64,000 nt of DNA. It comes from Vicugna vicugna. Its lineage: Eukaryota. The stretch spans positions 4,093,050-4,157,049 of the forward strand of contig MU058781.1 of assembly GCA_013265495.1 (NCBI GenBank), given 5' to 3'. Under the pieces are notes generated by a model. The model ran no database searches, had not been told where the DNA came from, and worked only from the letters and a program-made list of their open reading frames with translations. This document shows positions 1 to 11,866 of the stretch, piece by piece. Each line of letters opens with the position of its first letter. Position 1 is the first letter of the stretch. Both the position numbers and the translations under genes were made by a program.

Positions 1-830
1 GGCTACATTTGTCTCAAGAAATGTGGTAGGTGAAAGAAACTCTGCAGTAACTACTTCTAAGACTTAAATATGTTATTCTGGAATGATTTGGCTCAAAATT
101 AAAAGCACTCCTACAATGAGCAGTATTTGAGTGAAAATAGAAGCTACCACACAAAAGTACTGCTGTTAGGAAATACCAGATTTCATTCATGTTGTGTGAT
201 TCCAGCTTCATGCTGTGTTGGAGTCATCAGTTTGTGTAGGAGACCACACATACCAGAAAACAAGGAGATAAACACCAAATAGGCAGAGATATTTGGAATC
301 TTGGTTTAAATAAAAATAAAAATAGGTAATGAGATGACAAAAAAGCATCTGACAAAATTCAACAGCCATTTATAGATTAAAAACTCTGAAAAAAAACACC
401 CTCTAAAATCCGGAGAAGGACAAAAACAAAAATCCTACCACTAACATCAGACTTAATGAAGACCTGTTGAACACATTTTATTTATGATGAGCAACAGGAC
501 AAAAACACCTGCTTTTATCACTTCTATTCAACATTGTACTGAAGGTTCTGGCCACTGTAATAAGGCAAGAAAAAGAAAGGAAAGACATAAAGATCAGAAA
601 AGAAGAAATGATCTGTCCTGAAATAGAAATGACATGATTGTACACATAGAAAATCCTAAGGAATCTACAAAGTAATGCTAGAAATAACGAAAAAGTTTAT
701 CAGACTTGCAGGATACAGGTCAATATATAAAAATCATTTTTATTCTTATATACTAATAGCAAACAAATTAAAATAAAATTTAAAAATTTATTTAAAATAA
801 AATTTAAAAATTCACAATAGCACCAACACA

Positions 831-912
831 GTGGGTGAAAAGCTTAGTGGCAGAGCATGTGCTTGGCATGTATGAGGTTCTGGATTCAATCTTCAGTGCC
901 TCTGTTAAGGGG
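831..912 (+). mobile_element. tRNA-derived SINE (Vic-1-like, camelid) inserted in L1
   Basis: AGCTTAGTGGCAGAGCATGTGCTTGGCATGTATGAGGTTCTGGATTCAATCTTCAGTGCCTC has A-box/B-box-like motifs. L1 sequence resumes on both sides. Confidence 0.7.
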
Positions 913-2057
913 GAAAATACTTGGAAATGGATTAAACAAAATAATTTTTTTAAAAGCTAAGAGTTATTTAAGAAGACTTAAATTAATGAAGAGATATACT
1001 ATATTCAAGAACTTTCTTTCTTGAATCAAGAATTCAGTATTGTTAAGATGTCAGTTGTCTACAGATAGATTCAATGCATTCCCATTCAAAATCCCAGAAG
1101 ACTTTTTTTAATAGAAATTGACAAACTAGTTCTAAAGTTTATATGTAAATGCAAATGACTTAGAGTAGCCAAAAAAAAAAAAAAACCTTTAAAAAAGGAC
1201 AAAGTTGGAAAACCATCTGACTTCAAGATTTACTGTAAAGCTATGAAAGTGAAGATATTGCATTATAATAGACAAATAGATCAATGGAATAGAATGGGGT
1301 ACAGAAATAGGCCCACACACATATGGTCACTCAATTTTTTACTGAAGTGCCAAGCAAATTAGGTGGAGAAAGGAGCTTTTTCAACAAAATTACTGGAATA
1401 ACTGGATATTCACATGCAAAATTAAAAATTAACTTTGGTCGTCACACTGTAGACAAAAATCAACTCAAAATGGATCATACACCTAAATGAAAACCCTAAA
1501 ACGATTAAATTCTTAGAAGAAAACAGAATGAAACCTTTGCGACTTTGGTTTAGGAAAAGATTTTTTAAGTTACAGCAAAAGAAACCCAACCCATACAAGA
1601 AAAAAATGACAAATTGGACTTCATCAAAATGAAGAACTTCTGTTCTTAGGAAAACACAGCTGAGAGAATGAAAAAAAAAAAGAAGACAAGCCATATACTT
1701 AGAGAAAACATTTACAAATCACATATCTGATAAAAGGTTTATCCAGAACATATAAAAAAAACTCTCAGAACTCAAGAAAACAAGCAATCCAACAACAATG
1801 AAATTGAGTAAAGATTTGAACAGACACACCATCAAAGAAGATACAGAGATGGAAAACAAACACATGAAAAAATGTTCAGCATCATTAGTTATTGGAGAAG
1901 TACGAAGTAAAACCACAGTGAGATAGCATTTTACTAGAATGGCTAAAATAAAAATCTGATAACATCAAATGTAGACAAAGATGTGGAGCAACTAGAAGTC
2001 TCATAAAAATCACTTTATAAAACTTTTTGGCAGTGTCATTTAAATTAAACATATGTT

Positions 2058-2097
2058 GTCGGTGGCCATACCACCCTGAATGTGCCCAATCTCATCT
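2058..2097 (+). pseudogene. 5S rRNA 5'-fragment retropseudogene (tailless) with 16-bp TSD
   Basis: GTCGGTGGCCATACCACCCTGAATGTGCCCAATCTCATCT matches the first ~40 nt of vertebrate 5S (GTCTACGGCCATACCACCCTGAACGCGCCCGATCTCGTCT), differing mostly by CpG decay. Flanked by AAATTAAACATATGTT (2042-2057) and AAATTAAACATACGTT (2098-2113). Confidence 0.9.
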
Positions 2098-2894
2098 AAA
2101 TTAAACATACGTTTCCCCAGTAACTTATCATTCCACAGTTAGAGATAAACTCAAGAGAAAATGAAAGCATTTGCCCATGAAAGACTTGTACAAGAATGAT
2201 ATGTCAGCTTTATTCATAATAGCCAAAAATTGGATACAGTCCAAATGTCCATCAGCAGGAGAATGTATGAGCAAATTGTATTATGTTCTGACAAGGGACT
2301 ACCACTCAGCAGTAAAAATGTTGAACAATAGATATGAACAAAAACATAAATTTCAAAAACATGCTGAGCCTACGAAGTAAGACACAAAAGGATACACACT
2401 GTGTGATTCCAATTACGTGAAGTTCTGTAATAGCCAAACTAATCTATGGTGTTAGAAATCAGAATAGGGTTGCCTGTGAGATGGGAAAATGGAAATTTCT
2501 TGGGTGATAGAAATATTCTGTGCCTTGACTGGGTGATTTTTATATAGGTGTATAGTTTTGCCAAAATTCATTGAGGTACATTTATGATCTGCACCTTTCA
2601 CTATGTATAAAGTGTACCTAAAAAAAAAAAAGACTAGCTGTTGACTCTAAACACCTACCTTCTAACTCTTGCTTAAATACTTCATTCTGGATTTTTTGCT
2701 GTTGGTACTGGTGGTGGTCTTGTGGCTTGAAAGGAAACTCTGAAGAACAAACACTGAGTTGTATGTAAAACTGAACATCCCACTATGCAGAGGAGTCACT
2801 TGTGCAAACCAACCTCGTTTCATTGTGGACACATCTAATTATGCATAGAGGGAGAAAAGTGACTTGGTAATCACACTGCCATTGGAGCCAGTCA

Positions 2895-3085
2895 AGAGCT
2901 AAGGCTTTGGGTTCAGGTGGATTCGGGTTTGAACCCTGGCTTCAGTGTTCCCTGGCCATTTGACTTCGGGTTAATTACTGGGCTTCTTGTCCCCCTAGTT
3001 CCTCACCTGCAGACGAGGGGCATAGTGGAGACTACATAGGCAAATGCATGCAGATGGATAACACATATACTGTACACTGTTAATG
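2895..3085 (+). mobile_element. MIR SINE
   Basis: GGGTTTGAACCCTGGCTTCAG...TTTGACTTCGGGTTAATTACT...TAGTTCCTCACCTGCAGA resembles the MIR core. Confidence 0.65.
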
Positions 3086-3959
3086 ATGTTAAGAATAAAA
3101 TGAGAACTTCTTTTATATATATATATATATAGTCCTCTAGAGAATTTTAGAATTTTACTTAGAAATTTGTCTGAAAGTTCCCAGAAACATTTCCTTAGAT
3201 GTTTGTCCCACCAAATAAATAAGTTTATGATAAAAAGAAATTGGTCTCCTGGATTCACGTTGCTCACCCTCCCAAAAGAAGACTTTCACCTCCCACTCCC
3301 ATCTTTATCTGCCTTTCTCGCCTCTGCTCTTACTTCCCTAGGAGAGGAGAGGTTCTCAGATTCCAGTTCCACACAATTGAGATGCAGCACTTTACTTTAT
3401 TTCACGTATCACTGAGATCTGGGTTACTTTAAGATAGTTTCAGACCTTAAATAGGAAAGCATGGACCCTTAGCGTCCCTTCACAGAGCAAGTGCAATGTG
3501 CCCATCTCAAGAGGTTTTGGGTGTCAGAGTCTGTGCCAATCTGATGATACTCAGGGTGCACAAATACAGCCAATCAAAGAGGTTCCTACAATGGAGATAT
3601 GCTTCCAGCATTCGAGTTGTGCCCTGAGCTGTCCCGTGTCCTCCTCTGACCCTCTCCCCGAGACAAGAGTTGGACAGCATCTTGTTTAATTACCACCTTT
3701 CACAGCTGAGGGATCGGTGTGACATTGCATGGGTTGCTTCCCTTTTCAGATCTGGGAATGGAGCTGCTCAGAGCGCACAGCTCCCCCACATCACCCAGAG
3801 CCTAGCTGCCAGAGTTTCCTCTTGACTTTGGTCCCGGTTCTGGCCAGGTTTGGGGCATTCCCGGTACACTGTGCTGCACCTTTACCCTGTGGCCCTCTGT
3901 GACTGTCTTCTCCGAACAACCACGGCACATCCTCTCTGGTCCTCTCATTGACACGTGCG

Positions 3960-4170
3960 CAGAACTGGGGAGAGCTTAAGCTCTGAGGTCAAACAGACCC
4001 GCCTTCCAGCCCTGCCTTTCTCACGGCATCACTTCTGGCCAGTTCAGACCTCTCAATCTCTGTTTCATTCCACTCAGCCTAACAACAGCACTTGCCTGTC
4101 TTCTAAAGATGTAACGAGATAACATATGAAAAATGCTTACCAGCCGGCCTGGGACTTAACGCATGTCAGC
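3960..4170 (+). mobile_element. MIR SINE
   Basis: GAGAGCTTAAGCTCTGAGGTCAAACAGACC...CTCTGTTTC...GAGATAACATATGAAAAATGCTTA. Confidence 0.55.
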
Positions 4171-6849
4171 CTCTGTGCTTCTTGCACTTACCGATTAGAG
4201 GAACTTTTTGTATTGTTCTCCAATTGTCGCAGGTAGGTAAAAAATTGAGTCTCTGGTTAAGGCTGTCATTTACGTGAGGGTGAAGGCAGTTTGCATGTTC
4301 TTTTGATTTTTATATATCTCACTGCACCTCGGGCGGTGCTGGGCGTTGGGGGCAGCACCAGTAACAGCTAAAGAAGTAACCACAGGTGACTTGACGGGCT
4401 TCTGGGTATGATACGACTCACCGTACTTTTCCACGTCCAGTTTACATTTACATAGTGAACAGGTGCTCTGGCCTAATTGCTCTTACATTGCAACGCTTTT
4501 CCCCCAAATCTTACTTTGGAGACATATTCCCTGCACGTAGATGAAATACTGATACGTGTGGCTGGTTCATATTGCACTGTTACTGTTTTTAAAATACGGC
4601 TTTTCGGTAAGCCCAGGGGAAACCTGTCGGGGTATTAGTTGCTTTCGTCCTCTCTTAGAGAGGACAAGGGATCTGGGTGTTACTTAGCAGATTACAAAGA
4701 TTTTTTTTTAATCCTCCTAACCAGTTCAGTGTCTTTGTTGCTGTGAAAGTGACGGCTATCACCCTGGAGGGGACCCAGAGAATTGGGTGACACAGGGATG
4801 AGGGCCAGCTGGCTCACTGCAAGGAGTGTCCTCAGATGATCTGGGCTATTTCATGAGAAAATGAGAGGTGTCCTCACTGCTGAAAATAGCACTGGTGACA
4901 TGATTCATGTCAGGCTGTGAAATGACTTCAGCGGGTGCTTCAGGAGAGAGTCCCCTGGGCTTGCTGGTCAACAGTGATGGCACGTCCTGTGCAGGACTTC
5001 CCGTGACCCTGCTTGGGGACAAGAAGCAGGGCTTCTGTGAGTGGAGGTCAAGGTGGGCTGGTGGGCCCAGGCATTCCTGCTTCCCCCGTCGAGACTAGAA
5101 TAAAGCCAGTGACCCCACAGCCTCCGAGATCAACTCGAGCTGCTTGTAACCCTGAGGAGAGATGCTTGGAAGCATTTTTACAGGCTTTCCACATCCATTT
5201 GTATGAGGCTGTCGTGAGGGTGGGAGGAAGGAGAGGACAGTCACTTCTCTGCGGCCTCCTCCACGTCATAGGCCCCCAGGACACACAAGGGACCAGGACA
5301 GAGAATCCCAAGAGACAAATGGAACCCCGAGGAATTCCTGGAATCCATTTTCTTCTGTGCACCCATCGCCTGTGTCTCAGAGACAAAACGGCTGCCCAGG
5401 ACCCTTGTCTGCTTGCATCCCCCTGGATTTTCTCATCACTCTTCACTTGAGCCTCTTGTATTAGGTATAATGCCAAATCAAAAAGTGAGATATGTAAAAA
5501 TATATAGTTTTAAAATTTCAGTTTGCTAACAATTTAATTTCTCTTTTGAGCCTCCATTCAGCCAAATGGTAAAAGCCTAGTCTTAGAGGAATCAGGATCC
5601 GCCTTTCCATGGCTACCTCCATCCTCTAGGAGGCATGACATTAGAGGGTCGGGGAGCAGGAGGGTCATCTTAGCCTGGTGTTCCCATTTCTGACCTCTGC
5701 TGGGGTGCCCTTCCTCATCCGGATCTCTGCTGGGACTCTTCTGTATCTGATTACAGACAGATTTCTCTGTCTCTCTGTCTCTCTCTGTCTGCCTTTCTCT
5801 GTCTCCGCCATGCCTGCACCATTCTTGGGAGCACTGAAATCACATCACTGGTACAGTCCACACTGGGGAGGGCTTCTGAGAGCTGCCTCAAGCCCACCCA
5901 CTTAGACGCACTTCAGAGACGTTTCTTCTGCAGCTCCTCACCTTGTCAGGTGTGGCAGAATCAGGTGGAGGGAGTGGTGAGAATTGCTGCAGGTCGTGGC
6001 TTGCCCCAGGTCCGGGGCGCAGTTCCATGGAACACCCTCCCCTCGCTCTTTTATTTGGCTAGGCGGAATTCAGGACCCTAGAGCATCTCCCCTTTCTTTC
6101 CTTCCCTTTCAGCTTTTCTCTTCCTCATTCCTCCAGCGCAGAGAGTCTGTCAAGTCACGGGGTGGGGAAACCTTGCTTTTATATCATCATGTATTTTTAA
6201 TTCCCTGAGACTCCAAGCTTGTATTGAGTTTTTTCCTTCCTCTGTGGTCTGGTGTGGTACTGCCCTTAGACCTGGGAAAATGGGACCCCTTTCCCAGGTC
6301 CTTTGCCTCAGGGAACCCCCTGTTCTTTGAAGTGTCGTCTTCAAACCTTTGCAAATCTTCCTCTAGCTTCTGAAAGGTATGTGTGCCCCATTCCCATTTC
6401 TCTCCTTTGGAACGCTGACTGGTTACTCCATGTGAGGGTCTACCAGATACCTGATGAGCCTCAGATGTTGCACTTATAGGACCATCCAAGGCCCCCAGGG
6501 CTGGGTTCTTTCCTAGACGGTATCTTGGTGCAGATCACTTCTACTGGATGGAGCAGTGACTCTTTGTCAGGGCTGTCAAAGATTGGAACCACCATTCTGG
6601 CGCCAGGATGGTTTTTGATGCCTCAAACTGATCTATATGGACAGTTCCCCACCCTGTACAAAAATATCTCCCTGGCACCCCACATACCCTAGGAGTGACT
6701 TTGTTCTTATATCTCTCTCCTTCACTCAGGCATTCAATATGAAGCTAATTCTAGAATAAAAAGAAGAGACAGGGTAACAGAAAACATAGGGAAAAAGCAC
6801 ATCAGCGAATCTGCTCAAATATGGCACTGCCGTTCTCACAGAGGGTGGG

Positions 6850-6980
6850 GTCTGCATCAAGAGTCAGGAGGTGAGTTCTACTTTTAGTTCTAGACCTGAC
6901 TCTGCTAGTAACTAGCGGTGTGATCTTGAGCAGAGCACTTCACTTCTCTGGGCCTGTTTCTTCATCTTTTAAATAAAGTG
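6850..6980 (+). mobile_element. MIR SINE
   Basis: CTAGCGGTGTGATCTTGAGCAGAGCACTTCACTTCTCTGGGCCTGTTTCTTCATCTTTAAAAT. Confidence 0.75.
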
Positions 6981-7379
6981 AATGGATGGATGGGTGGGTA
7001 GGTGGATGTGTGGATGGATGAATGGATGGATGGATGGATGGATGGATGGATGGATGGATGGATGGATTGGTGGATGGATGGATAGATGAATGGGTGAGTG
7101 GATGGATGGGTGGGTAGGTGGATGGGAGGATGCATGGACGGATGGCTAGGTAGATGAGGCTGGTGGATGGATGGGTGGGTAGGTGGATGAGTGAACGGAT
7201 GGATTGGTGGATAAATGAATGGATAGATGGATGGATGAATGGGTGAGTGGATGGATGGGTGGGTAGGTGGATGTGTGGATGGATGAATGGATGGATGGAT
7301 GGATGAATGGGTGAGTGGATGGATGGGTGGGTAGGTGGATGGGTGCATGCATGGACGGATGGCTAGGTAGGTGAGGCTG
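6980..7379. repeat. Complex (GGAT)n/(GGGT)n microsatellite with higher-order duplication
   Basis: Directly visible. It generates the PSIH-rich spurious ORFs. Confidence 0.97.
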
Positions 7380-7589
7380 TCTGCCAGGCAGACTGAAGAT
7401 AAGGAGGAAGGAGAGCTGGTGACCAGATGCTCTAGCCCTGTCTACTGCTGCAAATTTACCATTTTCCTGGTCCTCTTCACTGCCCCACCTCTGCCGACTG
7501 CTTTGTTTCAAGCACAGCTTGGTGAGGTAGTTGAAAAGATTGCTCCAGGAGTCAGAACACCTGAATTTTTCTTCAGCGATGTTTTTTTG

Positions 7590-7760
7590 TGAACTGAGTG
7601 AGCGGCCCTCGGGCAATTCAGAAACCCTCAGCATCAACTTCCTAATCAGTAAAATGGAGCTGATGACACCTGTCCTATCGGCTCTGCGTGGTTTTGTGGG
7701 GGTTGAACATGATAACAGATGTGGAAGATGCTCTGCAGCCAGAAAGCGCTCGCACACGGT
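7590..7760 (+). mobile_element. MIR SINE (GC-shifted)
   Basis: CCTCGGGCAATTCAGAAACCCTCAGCATCAACTTCCTAATCAGTAAAATGGAGCTGATGACACCTG. Confidence 0.65.
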
Positions 7761-8341
7761 CCTGTTTTGTGGGGTGTTTACCGGGACTGCCCTTCTCTCC
7801 TTACTGCCCTTCGCGGCTGCGGGCGGGACTCAGAAGCGGCTGACATGAAACGTGGCTGCGGGGGATTTCACGGCTCCCGGAAGAAGCAGAGTAATGGCAG
7901 TCACAAGATCAGGCGGTATTACCGTGTGGTGCTCATCGCATGTCAGGGAAAAGGACTTTTTGGGTTCTTTTATTTTCGTTAAGGCACTGAAGCCAGAGGT
8001 GCACAATTATTCCAGGGAGAGGAAAAACCAGGGCTTTATCTTTGTGTATGTGTCGTTATCCACCTGAGCTAAATGCGGCGGTGGAAAATTCCCAGCAACA
8101 GGCTGAGCCAACATCTCAGCGCCGGTGGGATAAATCAGCGTATCTGTGGAGACACGACAGCGCTGTCCTTCTGCTAAACATCCATGTTAAGTTTGTAAGA
8201 GAACTGTCACATCTTATCCCCTCACCCGGAGCAGCAACTCCTGGTCACTTCTTAATTCTTATTTAACATTCTTTGTAACTTCATAAACTCTTAGACTCCG
8301 AAGAAAGCTTTAAATGATCGAACCTGGCCTTTCCCCTTGTT

Positions 8342-8524
8342 CAGTGGTTCTCAAAGTGTCTCCTTGGACGAGTGGCATCAGAGCATCACCTGGGAACTTG
8401 TTAGAAATGCCAGTTCTTGGGGTCCTCCTCAGACTTACGGGATAGCGACTCTAGGGGCGGGACCCATCGGTCTGCAAACAAGCCTTCCAAGTGATTCCGA
8501 TGGACCTGAAATTTGAAAACCAAG
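8342..8524 (+). mobile_element. MER5A hAT-Charlie DNA transposon (MITE)
   Basis: Starts CAGTGGTTCTCAAAGTG, contains AGCATCACCTGGGAACTTGTTAGAAATGC, ends TTTGAAAACCAAG (degenerate TIR). Confidence 0.85.
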
Positions 8525-10469
8525 GTCCAAATCATTACTTCCCCAAGTAGCATATGTAAAAGATGATGTCCGTGGCTTCTACCTGAATATTTCTGGGTAC
8601 TGGGAGCTCACTACTTCACGAAGAATTTAGTGAGAAGCCCTAACAATGAGGTGTTGTCTCGTTACAGTGAGATAAGTTCGACTTCTTGTCACTTCCCCCG
8701 CTAACCCACGTCTCTGCCGCTGAGTGCAGTTCCGAGTTAGAGCTGCCTGCAGATCACTGGTAACTGGGCTAATGACTCGTGTCGTGGGAGCCGGGTACAG
8801 TGAATGCAAGAGGGTAAACTTGGGGGGGCGGGCGCAGCATGTTGCATTTTGCTTTCAACCAAGCAAAAGCAAGGTGAAGGGCTGTCCCCGGCATTTGTGA
8901 GATTATGATAAATATCAGTATTAATAACAGTAGTGACAGTAATAATTACCCGCAGCTTGATTTGGATGCAGGTCAAGAAACCATCCAAATCAAATTACAT
9001 GTAAGAAAAATATGTGTGTTCAGTGCTGGGAACATTTCCAAAGAGAAAGAAAAATTGACCCTGTGAAAAACATTCCACCTTTTAGCGAGAGTAACTGCTC
9101 CCTTCCAGCCCAAGGAGGTTGTAAAAGAAAGGAATCTCCCGGCAGGATAGAGAGATTTTATGGGAGGTCCCAGCCCCTCCTGACTTGAGGTGAGGTGTGT
9201 ACAGTCGTGGAGGCTGGAGGAGGAAAGTGAGGCCTTTCCTGGTCGCCCCCAGCCTGGGGTGCTTTGATTTGAATACATTTGGCCATATTTTGTTAGTAAT
9301 GGTCTTTTCTGTTTATTTCTGGTAGGCGTTTGACAGAGGGACTGGGGGAGAGTGTGACAGTCTCACATCGGAATCCTCTGGCAGGGAGGCAGGGAGGCTG
9401 GGAGGGATGCAGGGAGGGTGGAGGTGACTTGCCAGGAGGGAGAGACCACTCCCGACAGCCTCGCCTCCTTCAGTCCAGTGTCGTCTCTTTTTACTCCAGG
9501 GTCTCCCCTCTTAGGACTGCAGCTCTCAGCGCCGCCAGCGCTCACAAATGATTTTTCCTCCCCCCAGTTTGAGCCTAGAGAGTGTTTACTTCCTGTCAAA
9601 CCCCAGGGACCTGCTGATTTTTCCCATTACTGCAAATTGCTGCTCTTGGGTGCTTTGCATTTGTTATTAAGATGCAATCAGGGTTTCCTAACTGATTAGC
9701 AGCCTCACCCCTCCGCCCCCAACCCTCACACCTGACTTGGAGGCAACAAGAGTGGAAAACAGAATCCCTTGGCTGCTGGGTGTCTGTTCTGGCAGGGGGC
9801 TAATGGGTTTGGGGGCAGGCAGCTGGCGGGAGCTGGGAGGGCACCAGAGAGGGGCTGAGAGGCGCCGACTTCTCCATGCATCCTGGGCACGCGGAGAAGG
9901 AGCTTGGTGTCTCTCAAGTTCCCGGGAACTGTGGTGGGTGTTGGGCCGTGTGACAGGCCTCCGGAATGTGACGGCTGATGGCTGCGACGGCCTGCCCAAT
10001 GAGGCAGAGGCCAGCCTGAGCGAGGCCTTCCGGACGAATAAACACAGAACATCTCTTAAGGCTGAGTGGCAGGATGATGAGCACACGGGTGACGGCCTGC
10101 CCAGAATCATATGTCAGTCAGCGGGCTCCGGAGCAGCTCCCAGCGCTGACACCGAGATGCCCCCTTCCCCCCCCGCCCCCTGTTTCCATCTCCCAACCCG
10201 AGGACCCCTTCCCCTTCCCCACCTACCCTGTCAAACCCACTCAACCCCTTCCTCAGTCCTGTCTCTGCTCACAGCCAATGAAATGCACACAAACACACGT
10301 CCACGCACTTCCAATGGCTTCTGAGCACACATGGAAAACCAGCCCCTGGTCCAGAGCTTGCTGGCTTAACAGCATCTGTGACCCTTTCTCCACCCTCCTT
10401 GTACTTGTTGTTCTGTTTTGGTTTTTGAGTGTCTCCATTTTCATTAAACGAGTGTCTCAGCCCTTGCCC

Positions 10470-10720
10470 CCGCCGAAGGCTCATTGTTGCCTGAGAAAAA
10501 AGAAAGGCCGTCGAAGATCACGGATGCAGAGGCCTCACTGAATCACCGAGGAGTGAAAGGGGGAGAGGACGCGGGGGGAAGCTGGGCCTCGCAGCCGCCA
10601 CAAGTCCGCGCAGAGCCGTCAGCACCGCACTGCGAGGTGAGCAGAGCCGACCTCTTCCTGTGCTGCGCCACCCGAGGCACAGCTGTGTGGGCACTCCTGC
10701 AGCCGATGGCACCCTGGTCC
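10470..10720. promoter_or_regulatory. Small CpG-rich patch (CpG-island-like)
   Basis: Roughly 20 CpGs in ~250 bp of GC-rich unique sequence (hand count). No associated exon seen. Confidence 0.4.
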
Positions 10721-10844
10721 TGTGTCACCTGATTTTTCATTAGATCTACTGAATGTATTGTGGGGAGAAAGAAATGGAGAGGAGGAGGGTCCCGGAGAAG
10801 AGTAGGGAGGCGAGATGTTCGGACCCCTGCACGTGCCCAGACTT

Positions 10845-11000
10845 GAAAAGAGACGGACAGTCGCAGGTTCAGTCCCTGCCTGTTCCATTTACTGCCCGTG
10901 TTATCTGAGCCTGTTTGCTCCGCTCTAAAATGAAGATGATAAATCTGTCTCATCAGGTGATTATGAGGCGAACACAAGGGGTTTATACAAAGTACATGGG
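10845..11000 (+). mobile_element. MIR SINE
   Basis: GCAGGTTCAGTCCCTGCC...CTGAGCCTGTTTGCTCCGCTCTAAAATGAAGATGATAA. Confidence 0.6.
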
Positions 11001-11559
11001 ATTTACTTCTTTCTTTTGTTTTCTTTTGTTTGGGGAAGCGGGTGGTTAAGGCAACACTTTAAAAAGTATATGATTTGCATCATTTAAAGACCAAGATGAA
11101 GTCTTTCCAAAGACCTCAAGGGATTCCGGCTGTCTTACCCTCCCATGGAGAAAACGGTTCAGGTATTAAATTCCAGAGTGAAATTATCTCATCTCCCTAC
11201 TAATTATATTACTTTTTCTCGCATGCTGCTTAGACAGCCCAGAGCTGCCAAAGGCAAACACTTGACCCAGGATCCTCCCGGACTGTTCAGGAAGCCCCCC
11301 CGGACACAGCTTTCAAAGCAGGTTGTGGGGCCAATGAAAGAGAGAGCAGAATGGTCACCTGTTGGCACAAGGAAACACTTAAGAATGTGTTTAAGGAGAA
11401 GGATGGAGGGTGGGGATTGGGTGATGCAGAGAGAAACTTCATGGAAGAGCTTTCCAAGGAGTGTACCTGATCAGATAGTCCACAGATGTGCCAATGGACA
11501 CTGTTCACCTGGGGAGCTGGGGCCTCTGAGTCTTTTCCAGGCTGTGAGGCAGACAGAAA

Positions 11560-11820
11560 AGGCCTAAGATACATGAAATTGGAGTCCCAAATTATAATTA
11601 GAATCCCAGAAGAAGAGGATAGAATGAAACAGAAGCTAAACTGGAAGAGATAATAACTGAGAATTTCCCTAAACTGAAAAACAGATAATCCAGCCAAAGA
11701 TTCAGGAAGCTTAGTAAAATCTAACAGGGTAAGGACAAGACAAGGGCAGCTGGATGTATTGTGGTCTGATACATGTCTGTGAAAATGAAAGACATGAGAA
11801 ATCCTAAAAGTAGCCAGGTT

Positions 11821-11866
<46 letters not shown>

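Larger units (their letters stand above)
340..2630 (+). mobile_element. Decayed LINE-1 (L1M-type): ORF2 3' half plus 3' UTR, ending in an A-tail
   Basis: A-rich strand with recognisable L1 ORF2 motifs (CTATTCAACATTGTACTGAAGG, CAAAAATCAACTCAAAATGGATCA, AATTGGACTTCATCAAAAT, CCAAATGTCCATCA). Many stops. A-run at ~2620-2631. Confidence 0.9.

Noticed and set aside
831..912. Possible tRNA gene
   Set aside because: Degenerate, no good cloverleaf, and located inside an L1; better explained as a tRNA-derived SINE.
6962..7757. Pro/Ser/His-rich ORFs
   Set aside because: Translations of the (ATCC)n microsatellite and a MIR.
8048..8160. Possible miRNA-like hairpin (TTATCCACC...GGTGGGATAA; GCTGAG/CTCAGC) with a kB-like site
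   Set aside because: Stems are short and discontinuous; cannot be supported without folding or conservation data.
9688..10977. Overlapping 140-195 aa ORFs on both strands
   Set aside because: Stop-poor GC-rich sequence with no consistent frame, splice structure or recognisable homology.
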